5,354 bases of DNA from a virus (lineage: Duplodnaviria; Heunggongvirae; Uroviricota; Caudoviricetes), in IMG/VR virus record IMGVR_UViG_2778261639_000001, positions 1 through 5,354 of that record. The stretch is one strand, 5' to 3'. The stretch's first letter is position 1, and every line of letters begins with the position of its first letter. Shown here one piece after another: positions 1-5,354 of this stretch. The notes beneath the pieces are model-generated. The model worked only from the letters and a program-made list of their open reading frames with translations. It was not told where the DNA came from and did no database searches. The translations under genes and the position numbers were made by a program.

Positions 1-184
1 TAACATTGGCTTACAACTCATAACAAAAGCAATTCAATGCCGTCAAGAGGTTACAGGCTAAAAAAACTCTATTACATTGCAGTCAGCATGTTTACTACAC
101 AAATACAATTCAGAGCATAAAAACTACTCGGCGGCAGGTTATTGAGACTCATCAATGACATGTAAAAAACGCCCATTATTGGTG

Positions 185-216
185 TCAAGTTTCCCCAAAG
201 TTATTCAAAAAGTCAA
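185..216 (-). promoter_or_regulatory. Putative late promoter pR' / qut region downstream of Q
   Basis: Minus strand reads TTGACT (plus 211-216), a 17-nt spacer, then GAAACT (plus 188-193). The first ~60 nt after the Q stop match my recollection of lambda up to the -35 hexamer; the -10 and initial transcribed region differ. The -10 is a poor match to consensus, so exact promoter elements are uncertain. Confidence 0.4.
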
Positions 217-258
217 TATTATGCCGTTAATATGTTGCCATCCGTGGCAATCATGGCG

Positions 259-882
259 CTAACGTGTGATCGCATTCAAAATGTTGTCTGCGATTGACTC
301 TTCCTTGTGGCATTGCACAACCAGAGCGTCATACAGCGGCTTAACAGTGCGTGACCAGGTGGGTTGGGTAAGGTTTGGGATTAGCATCGTCACAGCGCGA
401 TATGCGGCGCTTGCTGGCATTCTTGAATAACCGACGCCTTTACATCTTCCGCACTCTTTCTCAGCAACTATCCCCCACTGCTCTGTTTTGGCTATATCAA
501 CCGCACGGCCTGTACCGTGGCAATCTCTGCATCTTGCGCCCGGCGTAGCGGCACTACGGCAATAATCCGCATAAGCGAATGTTGCGAGCACTTGCAGTAC
601 CTTTGCCTTAGTATTTCCTTCGAGCTTTGCCACACCACGGTATTTCCCCGATACCTTGTGTGCAAATTGCATCAGATAGTTGATAGCCTTTTGTTTGTCG
701 TTCTGGCTGAGTTCATGCTTACCGCAGAATGCAGCCATACCGAATCCGGCCTGTGATTGTGCCATCCCCATAGCAGCCATCACATCAGTACCGGAAAGAG
801 AGTCAGAAGCCGTGGCCCGTGGTGAGTCGCTCATCATCGGGCTTTTTGGCGAATGAAATTTAGCTACGCTTTCGAGTCTCAT
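259..882 (-). CDS. Q: Late-gene antiterminator Q (lambda type)
   Basis: 207-aa product is near-identical over its full length to lambda Q as I recall it (MRLESVAKFHSPKSPMMSDSPRATASDSLSG...). ATG at 880-882 overlaps the ninH TGA stop (ATGA); TAG stop at 259-261. Confidence 0.95.
   Translation of the reverse strand: MRLESVAKFHSPKSPMMSDSPRATASDSLSGTDVMAAMGMAQSQAGFGMAAFCGKHELSQNDKQKAINYLMQFAHKVSGKYRGVAKLEGNTKAKVLQVLATFAYADYCRSAATPGARCRDCHGTGRAVDIAKTEQWGIVAEKECGRCKGVGYSRMPASAAYRAVTMLIPNLTQPTWSRTVKPLYDALVVQCHKEESIADNILNAITR
582..614 (+). promoter_or_regulatory. paQ-like CII-dependent antisense promoter inside Q
   Basis: Plus strand has TTGC-GAGCAC-TTGC (582-595), a perfect TTGC-N6-TTGC CII-binding motif, then 13 nt, then TAGTAT (609-614) followed by TTCC. 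This is the same geometry as lambda pRE as I recall it (TTGCGTTTGTTTGC-13nt-AAGTATTTCC). It lies antisense within the Q coding region, as lambda paQ does. Confidence 0.55.
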
Positions 883-1067
883 CGTCTTCCCCTCTTGCCC
901 TGTTTGACCATCAGGACGCCGTTAACTATTACATGACGCTCGCCTTTGCTGTCTCGGTTGTACTTGAGCACTGTTCCTCTTGCGCAGGAAAGCATCCTTG
1001 CCACTTCGGTCTGATTGCCTCGTGTATGGATAAGAAGCTCTGGTATCGTTTGAATTGTGGCGTTCAT
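879..1067 (-). CDS. ninH: NinH (small HTH protein)
   Basis: 62-aa product shares the core GNQTEVAR..RGTV.KY....G..H.IVN.VLMV with lambda NinH as recalled. ATG at 1065-1067 overlaps the rusA TGA stop (ATGA). Confidence 0.85.
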   Translation of the reverse strand: MNATIQTIPELLIHTRGNQTEVARMLSCARGTVLKYNRDSKGERHVIVNGVLMVKQGKRGRR

Positions 1068-1426
1068 GCGTTCTCCAGTTCGGTGATTTTTATTCCAAGC
1101 CTTCCGCCTGGTACTTTCACACCACGAATTACGCGAATGTCATCGAATTGCTCGTCGTCTTCCGCAAATCCGGCGTGGATAAGGGAGTCGAGTAAACCTT
1201 TCAGGATGTTATCGAGGTCGCGGCGGCGGGAGTCTGGAACGTCTGCGATGACTTTGATGCGGAGTCGTGATTTGGTGAAAATATCTAACTTGAGTTGGTG
1301 GATGATTTGCTGAACGTCTTTTCGGTATTTCTGGCCTTTATCGCTGATGTAGTATTGGCTTCCCCGTCTTCGCCAGTAGGTATTCAACGACGGCGGGTAT
1401 GGAAGCACAAACTGATATTCGTTCAT
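1064..1426 (-). CDS. rusA: Holliday junction resolvase RusA
   Basis: 120-aa product has RusA hallmarks (LP.PPS.N.Y, RRRDLDN, GGRL) and the same length as E. coli RusA. ATG at 1424-1426 overlaps the upstream TGA stop (ATGA). Confidence 0.9.
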   Translation of the reverse strand: MNEYQFVLPYPPSLNTYWRRRGSQYYISDKGQKYRKDVQQIIHQLKLDIFTKSRLRIKVIADVPDSRRRDLDNILKGLLDSLIHAGFAEDDEQFDDIRVIRGVKVPGGRLGIKITELENA

Positions 1427-1713
1427 GACTTAATCTTCCCCTCCTTCAGCAGTATCGCCTGCGTCCTGATCACGCCTTCGAGGTGGTAAAGTCTGGCATC
1501 TTTGTTGTCGATAATCATTGTGCGTCGGTCGATTTCATCGTGACACGCGCTACAAGCCCATGCGCCGATCAGGTCGTCAGGCTTCATTCCCGTTCCGCAA
1601 ATTCCAGCCATCCGGTAATGTGCCAGAACTGTAGTTTCAGGATTGCCATTGCATACGCCGTAAATACGTACCTGGCATTCTCTGCCGCGCGCTTCTTTGC
1701 GTAGGTTAGCCAT
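1423..1713 (-). CDS. ybcO: YbcO-like DUF1364 protein (putative zinc-binding nuclease)
   Basis: 96-aa product resembles DLP12 YbcO as recalled (RGRECQVR..GVCNGNPET.VLAH.R..G.CGTG.KP.DLI...CS.CHDEIDRR), with conserved Cys/His ligands. ATG at 1711-1713 overlaps the upstream TAA stop (TAATG). Confidence 0.75.
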   Translation of the reverse strand: MANLRKEARGRECQVRIYGVCNGNPETTVLAHYRMAGICGTGMKPDDLIGAWACSACHDEIDRRTMIIDNKDARLYHLEGVIRTQAILLKEGKIKS

Positions 1714-1982
1714 TATGGTTCACTCCAGTAATTCTCAATTGCAGCAGCCATTCTCTGCATCCACTCAGCCAGCTTTAACGCAGCTTCTCTTTCAGAACCA
1801 CATTTAGGGAAATCCTTCATTTCCATGCTGGCCTTATATGTTCTGAATGCCAGGTCTCCGGTAATAACCAACTCCTGATCAAGCACCGAGCGTTTATTCC
1901 GGTGTTGAACGTAATAGACAGATTCAGTCCGCATTTCTTCTCTGTCTTTTTTGAAGGAAATAAGCTCAGAGAAATCACTCAT
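1713..1982 (-). CDS. Hypothetical protein (89 aa), no family assigned
   Basis: ORF embedded in the operon: ATG at 1980-1982 lies 2 nt after the ninF stop, and its TAA overlaps the start of the next gene. I could not assign a family from memory. Confidence 0.6.
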   Translation of the reverse strand: MSDFSELISFKKDREEMRTESVYYVQHRNKRSVLDQELVITGDLAFRTYKASMEMKDFPKCGSEREAALKLAEWMQRMAAAIENYWSEP

Positions 1983-2145
1983 CGTCTTCTTCCTCGTACA
2001 TTGAGCTATTCGGATCGCTCATCAGTTCTGCGCAGCAGTGCTCACATACGTGAACTTCCAGCACATGCAGCTTCTGACCGCAGTTAGCGCACGTTAAAGC
2101 TCGCTCGACGCTTTCTTGTTCGTAACTTCGATTTTGGTCAATCAC
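1975..2145 (-). CDS. ninF: NinF (Cys-rich small protein)
   Basis: Product matches lambda NinF core as recalled ([45 protein letters not shown]). There is no ATG in frame. I place the start at GTG 2143-2145, which overlaps the ninE TGA stop (GTGA) and has GAGGA 7 nt upstream; the ORF track's 2187 start is also a GTG but has no such support. Confidence 0.75.
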   Translation of the reverse strand: MIDQNRSYEQESVERALTCANCGQKLHVLEVHVCEHCCAELMSDPNSSMYEEEDDE

Positions 2146-2324
2146 CTTGTTTTCCTCGCACGATTTCTTAGCCACCGGATATCCCACAGGTGAGCCGTGT
2201 AATTGAAGGTTTTTACGTCAGATTCTTTTGGGATTGGCTTGCGTTTATTTCTGTAGCGTTTCGTTGGAAGGTATTTGCAGTTTTCGCAGATGATGTCGGT
2301 GAAACTTCGTCGCTGTCGCCTCAT
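2142..2324 (-). CDS. ninE: NinE
   Basis: Product from the internal ATG (2322-2324) is [52 protein letters not shown]..., which matches lambda NinE as recalled. AGGAGG lies 6 nt upstream, and the ATG overlaps the methyltransferase TGA stop. The ORF-track start at 2414 is a TTG inside the methyltransferase gene and is rejected. Confidence 0.85.
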   Translation of the reverse strand: MRRQRRSFTDIICENCKYLPTKRYRNKRKPIPKESDVKTFNYTAHLWDIRWLRNRARKTR

Positions 2325-2848
2325 GCCGCCCTCCTGACGCCCTGCCCGATCGCCATCAATGCCGCTTTGGATACGGTAGTAAACATCCGTCGAGGACTGA
2401 TGAACGGTCGCCAAATCAGCAGCATGGAGCCTTTACTGTTTCCCTTCTTCTCCAGCCCTGTCGATGGTTCGATAAAATTAATCCGTCCATCAGTGATAAT
2501 GCGAACTTCGTCAACACTCTCCAGAGCCTTGCTGAACCATCCGACAGACATATCCTCTGGCACAAGCATCACTACCGTCTGTCGCTGTTGTATGCACTGC
2601 TCAGCGGCTTTTTCCACCCACGGCCTGATATTGCTGTACGGTGGGTTATTCCAGATTGCACCGTGGCTTATCCACTCAGAATTGAGTGCGTCGTCGGCCT
2701 CAGTTAGCCAGTGAGCGCACAGAGCATTTTTGTCGCTCGCAGCTGAATCCAGCCAGAATCCAAACTCAATATCCAGCGCATCAAAAAGCCAAAGCGGCGT
2801 TTGCCAGCAGTCCTTGTCGTGTGCTGGTGTATTTGATTTGATAGTCAT
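2321..2848 (-). CDS. Phage-type DNA N6-adenine methyltransferase (orphan MTase)
   Basis: 175-aa product has the N-terminal DCWQTP motif and the NPPY catalytic motif typical of the phage Dam N6-adenine MTase family. ATG at 2846-2848 overlaps the ninB TGA stop (ATGA). No restriction endonuclease partner is present in the window. Confidence 0.8.
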   Translation of the reverse strand: MTIKSNTPAHDKDCWQTPLWLFDALDIEFGFWLDSAASDKNALCAHWLTEADDALNSEWISHGAIWNNPPYSNIRPWVEKAAEQCIQQRQTVVMLVPEDMSVGWFSKALESVDEVRIITDGRINFIEPSTGLEKKGNSKGSMLLIWRPFISPRRMFTTVSKAALMAIGQGVRRAA

Positions 2849-3291
2849 GCAGCCCTACCTTTTCGTTGTGACCATTCATACTCTCGCCGGGAGTCATCAC
2901 TCCACCGCACGTTGCGCTCTGAGCCGAACCAAAACATGATTTCGATAAGCTCAGTCATGCTGGCCTTTCGCATTTTGCTGGTACGCACGCCAAGCATGAC
3001 AACGCCACCATCGATACCAGGCACACTTCGTTGCTCCAGTTTTTTGGTCTTAAGCCACAGGGCAGTGAACAGGTCTTTCCAGTCCTCCGGCGCAAGTCTC
3101 TGTCCATGCCAAAGCACCTGACGTGATACGTCCTGCAATAACGCCCACATAAGGCGGTTTTGAGGATTGCTCCGCTTTGGTTCTTTAATGTGGACTTCGT
3201 GAGGTGACTTGTCGTCGATCGGAAGTGAGAGTATTGCGTCTATGGCGTTGTTTCTGATTGCTTCGTTGCGAAGCATGTATATTTGCTTCAT
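2845..3291 (-). CDS. ninB: NinB (Orf-family recombination mediator)
   Basis: Product resembles lambda NinB as recalled (...NAI.A......P.....RS..QNR..WA.L.DVSRQV.WHG..L....WK..FTA......MRK....ELIE....FG.ER.V.WSD......EW..R.G.RAA). I take the ATG at 3289-3291 as the start, with GAGGTG 5 nt upstream; the track's 3297 start is a GTG two codons upstream. Confidence 0.85.
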   Translation of the reverse strand: MKQIYMLRNEAIRNNAIDAILSLPIDDKSPHEVHIKEPKRSNPQNRLMWALLQDVSRQVLWHGQRLAPEDWKDLFTALWLKTKKLEQRSVPGIDGGVVMLGVRTSKMRKASMTELIEIMFWFGSERNVRWSDDSRREYEWSQRKGRAA

Positions 3292-3298
3292 TGTCACC

Positions 3299-3505
3299 TC
3301 AACTCACAAAACGCCACGCCATTTTTGCTACAGCGACAGGCGCAACACCGATAATCACCCACAGGAAAATGCTACCGAAAAGCACACCAACCAGGTCTTT
3401 ACCTTCGCCTACCAGCCGGACAAAACTGCTGGCAACCACAATGAACGTCGCCACCATCCACATAGCACCGAGAATCCTCAATGCAGAAAAAATCAACTCA
3501 ACCAC
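3299..3505 (-). CDS. Hypothetical small membrane protein (68 aa, two predicted TM helices)
   Basis: Start is GTG at 3503-3505, preceded by a strong SD (GGGGGAGAG, 6-nt spacer); an internal ATG at 3461-3463 is an alternative. Two hydrophobic stretches (LIFSALRILGAMWMVATFIVVASSFV and LVGVLFGSIFLWVIIGVAPVAVA). TGA stop is 7 nt before the ninB ATG. No family recognised, and the overlapping plus-strand ORFs are low-complexity. Confidence 0.45.
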   Translation of the reverse strand: MVELIFSALRILGAMWMVATFIVVASSFVRLVGEGKDLVGVLFGSIFLWVIIGVAPVAVAKMAWRFVS

Positions 3506-3520
3506 GATTTACTCTCCCCC

Positions 3521-3552
3521 AAATAAAAAGGCCTGCGATTACCAGCAGGCCT
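3521..3552 (-). terminator. tR2-like rho-independent terminator between ren and the nin region
   Basis: Minus strand reads AGGCCTGC-TGGTAATC-GCAGGCCT, a perfect 8-bp stem (6 GC pairs) with an 8-nt loop, followed by TTTTTATTT. It sits 26 nt downstream of the ren stop, the same position as lambda tR2 as I recall it. Confidence 0.55.
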
Positions 3553-3577
3553 GTTATTAGCTCAGTGATGTAGATGG

Positions 3578-3868
3578 TCATCTTTTAACTCCATATACCG
3601 CCAATACCCGTTTCATCGCGGCACTCTGGCGACACTCCTTAAAAATTAGGTTCGTGCTCATCTTTCCTTCCCGTTCTTCCTTGGTAGCAAACCGGTAATA
3701 CACCGTTCGCCAGACCTTACCTTCGATAACCAGAAGACCTGCCCGTGCCATTTTAGCCGCGGCCTGATTTATGCTGGTTACTGTTGCGCCTGTTAGCGCG
3801 GCAACGTCCGGCGCACAGAAGCTATTATGCGTCCCCAGGTAATGAATAATTGCCTCTTTGCCCGTCAT
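3578..3868 (-). CDS. ren: Ren
   Basis: 96-aa product is near-identical to lambda Ren as recalled (MTGKEAIIHYLGTHNSFCAPDVAALTGATVTSINQAAAKMARAG...). ATG at 3866-3868 overlaps the P TGA stop (ATGA). Confidence 0.9.
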   Translation of the reverse strand: MTGKEAIIHYLGTHNSFCAPDVAALTGATVTSINQAAAKMARAGLLVIEGKVWRTVYYRFATKEEREGKMSTNLIFKECRQSAAMKRVLAVYGVKR

Positions 3869-4566
3869 ACACTTGCTCCTTTCAGTCCGAACTTAGCTTT
3901 GAGTTCTGCGATCTTCGCCAGAGCCTGTGCACGATTTAGAGGTCTACCGCCCATGACAGGAAGTTGTTTTACTGGTTCAGGGATCGCCTCACCACGGTTA
4001 ATTCTCGCAGTCATATGGACAAGCTCATCTGCGGCCTTACGGCGTAATTCCGCATCAGTAAGCGCATTGGCCCGCATGTTCTGATACAGGTTGGTAACCA
4101 GCCAGTAGTGCGCGTTTGATTTCCACGGATAAGACTCCGCATCCGGATACAGGCCTCGCTTCCGGCAATACTCGTAAACCATATCAACCAGCTCGCTGAC
4201 GTTTGGCAGTCCGGCGATAACGGATGCTTCTTCCCGGCACCATGCAACAAACTGCCCGGGTGATGGCAGGAATGGTCGATTCTGCCGACGGGCTACGCGC
4301 ATTCCTGCGTTAACCTGTTCCATTGTGGTGATCCCGTTTTCCCGGAAAGCCAGAACCCACTGGCGGCGGATTTCGTTCAGTTCGTTCTGGTCACGGTTAG
4401 CCAGGCTCGCCGGGAAAGTTGCCAGTAACTGGCTGAACACACCGTTGATGATCTGCGCTACCTGTTGTACCTGCGGCTTTTCGTCGTACTGTTCCGGCAT
4501 GTTGTTGGCGATCCGACGCATCTGCTCACGGTCAAAGTTAACCATCTGTGCGGCGATGTTTTTCAT
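3865..4566 (-). CDS. P: Replication protein P (DnaB helicase loader)
   Basis: 233-aa product is near-identical to lambda P as recalled (MKNIAAQMVNFDREQMRRIANNMPEQYDEKPQVQQVAQIINGVFSQLLATFPASLANRDQNELNEIRRQW...). ATG at 4564-4566 overlaps the O TGA stop (ATGA). Confidence 0.95.
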   Translation of the reverse strand: MKNIAAQMVNFDREQMRRIANNMPEQYDEKPQVQQVAQIINGVFSQLLATFPASLANRDQNELNEIRRQWVLAFRENGITTMEQVNAGMRVARRQNRPFLPSPGQFVAWCREEASVIAGLPNVSELVDMVYEYCRKRGLYPDAESYPWKSNAHYWLVTNLYQNMRANALTDAELRRKAADELVHMTARINRGEAIPEPVKQLPVMGGRPLNRAQALAKIAELKAKFGLKGASV

Positions 4567-5277
4567 AAATCCACCCCGTAAATCCAGTCAGTGTTTGTCA
4601 GGTCGAGTTTTGGTTTGCTGGCTGTCACGCCTGCCTGTTGCTTGTTACGGTTGATTTCGAGCTGGGTCCACTTGTCGCGGAGTTTGGCCGGACTCAGCAC
4701 GTTACCGGACCAGAAGTTGTCCTGGCAGGCCCAGCGGAAAAGCACACACATATCGCGGTGGTTACGTCCGTCACGTTCACGCATCAGGCGGATATCGTTA
4801 GCCCACCCTGCAAAATTCGGTTTTCTGGCTGATGGTGCGATGGTCTTCACCATGTCAAACATCCACTCTGCGGCGGTCAGGTCTTCTGCTGTTCCCCACT
4901 TGCTGCCGCTCTGAATTGCAGCATCCGGTTTAACCACAGAAAGATCGTTTTCTGGCTGGTCAGAGGATTCGCCAGAATTCTCGGACGAATAATCTTTTCT
5001 TTTTTCTTTTGTAATAGTGTCTTTTGTGTCCCCCTGTTTTGAGGGATAGCAATCCCCTAATTTGAGGGATGTTTTATCCCTCGTTTTAGGGGATTTTCCC
5101 TCGTTTTGAGGGATGTCCCTCATTTTAGGGGAACCTCCCTCGTTTTGAGGGATGCACCATTCTGAGATGTTTTTATTTGGTCCAAACATGCCGCCTTGCT
5201 GCTTGATAATATTCATTCTGACGAGTTCTAACTTGGCTTCATTGCACCGTTTGACAGGTAACTTTGTAATCTCGCTA
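4563..5277 (-). pseudogene. O: Replication initiator O, 3' portion; 5' part separated by an IS insertion
   Basis: Minus-strand frame encodes ...SEITKLPVKRCNEAKLELVRMNIIKQQGGMFGPNKNISEWC...DNFWSGNVLSPAKLRDKWTQLEINRNKQQAGVTASKPKLDLTNTDWIYGVDL, matching lambda O from about residue 76 onward as recalled. Homology stops at 5277, where IS sequence begins. The frame stays open into the IS but encodes a hydrophobic, non-O peptide. The ORF-track start at 5216 is only an internal Met. Confidence 0.85.
5029..5153. repeat. ori-lambda iterons (six O-binding repeats) within the O coding region
   Basis: Six ~17-nt palindromic repeats with consensus TCCCTCGTTTTGAGGGA start at plus 5029, 5053, 5077, 5097, 5116 and 5136. 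They are flanked at 4986-5028 by an AT-rich stretch (AATAATCTTTTCTTTTTTCTTTTGTAATAGTG) that fits the DNA-unwinding element. Lambda has four iterons as I recall. Confidence 0.85.
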
Positions 5278-5354
5278 TGAACCGCCCCGGGAATCCTGGA
5301 GACTAAACTCCCTGAGAAAGAGGTAAACAGAATGACTAAAAATACTCGTTTTTC
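5278..5354 (+). mobile_element. Left end of IS629/IS1203-like insertion sequence (IS3 family), truncated by the window edge
   Basis: TGAACCGCCCCGGGAATCCTGGAGACTAAACTCCCTGAGAAAGAGGTAAACAGAATGACTAAAAATACTCG matches the left inverted repeat and orfA start of IS629-type elements as I recall them. It begins abruptly where O homology ends. Confidence 0.8.
5332..5354 (+). CDS. IS3-family transposase OrfA, N-terminal fragment only
   Basis: ATG at 5332-5334 is preceded by AAGAGG and encodes MTKNTRF..., the recalled N-terminus of IS629/IS1203 OrfA. The CDS continues beyond the window. Confidence 0.7.

Noticed and set aside
1-180. Search for a 6S RNA / tR' terminator and for tRNA genes downstream of Q
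   Set aside because: T-runs are present (for example around 170-176 and 60-66 on the minus strand) but none is preceded by a convincing GC-rich hairpin, and no tRNA-like cloverleaf signatures were seen. These elements probably lie beyond the window edge.
517-756. Plus-strand ORF (79 aa) antisense to Q
   Set aside because: Overlaps the paQ-like promoter region. The antisense transcript is more plausibly regulatory RNA than coding, and the product is Cys-rich and low-complexity.
933-1313. Plus-strand ORF (126 aa) antisense to rusA
   Set aside because: Lies entirely antisense to a well-supported gene; the product is Ser/Cys/Arg-rich and low-complexity, with no SD or family resemblance. Typical shadow ORF.
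2325-2414. ORF-track N-terminal extension of ninE (TTG start at 2414), and likewise ninF from 2187 and ninB from 3297
   Set aside because: Those starts are TTG or GTG codons inside the upstream gene. Internal starts with SD sequences and stop/start overlaps match the lambda homologue lengths better.
2190-2714. Plus-strand ORF (174 aa) antisense to the methyltransferase and ninE
   Set aside because: Antisense to two coupled, recognisable genes, with no recognisable motifs. The ORF track accepts GTG/TTG starts, which inflates such ORFs.
1713-3505. Possibility that the accessory genes (small membrane ORF, MTase, orf89, DUF1364) form a novel anti-phage defence or toxin-antitoxin system
   Set aside because: The MTase, DUF1364 and RusA are standard lambdoid nin-region components, and the genes are scattered among conserved nin genes rather than forming a discrete cassette with its own promoter. 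Only the two small ORFs remain unassigned, and nothing in the sequence links them functionally.
3209-3560. Plus-strand ORFs (105 and 100 aa) antisense to ninB and the small membrane ORF
   Set aside because: Products are His/Pro/Thr/Arg-rich and low-complexity, and they run through the minus-strand terminator hairpin. The minus-strand reading (SD, coupling to ninB) is more parsimonious.
4325-4914. Plus-strand ORFs (109, 107, 64 aa) antisense to O and P
   Set aside because: Embedded in near-lambda-identical O and P coding sequence, so most likely shadow ORFs.
5029-5153. Regularly spaced ~17-19-bp repeats that could be mistaken for a short CRISPR array
   Set aside because: The repeats are palindromic O-binding iterons inside the O coding frame with an adjacent AT-rich DUE. 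The 'spacers' are only 2-7 nt, and there is no leader or cas context.
5217-5354. Apparent in-frame N-terminal extension of the O ORF past the Met at 5216
   Set aside because: The frame stays open but the sequence beyond 5277 is the IS inverted repeat. The encoded peptide is a read-through artefact, not an O DNA-binding domain.

Overview
This window is a lambda-like (lambdoid) prophage early-right region with every gene on the minus strand. Reading in transcription order (high to low coordinates): replication gene O, interrupted at 5277/5278 by an IS629/IS1203-type IS3-family insertion sequence and carrying a six-iteron ori-lambda; then P, ren, a tR2-like terminator, a small 2-TM membrane ORF, ninB, a phage Dam-type N6-adenine methyltransferase, ninE, ninF, an unassigned 89-aa ORF, a YbcO-like DUF1364 protein, rusA, ninH, and a lambda-type Q antiterminator followed by the pR'/qut region. 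Gene calls rest on my recollection of the lambda and E. coli K-12 protein sequences and on stop/start overlaps and Shine-Dalgarno sites read from the sequence; no database search was run. I see no convincing evidence for a novel multi-gene system. The points worth a second look are the IS-disrupted O gene, the six-iteron origin, a paQ-like antisense promoter inside Q, and two unassigned small ORFs (68 aa and 89 aa).
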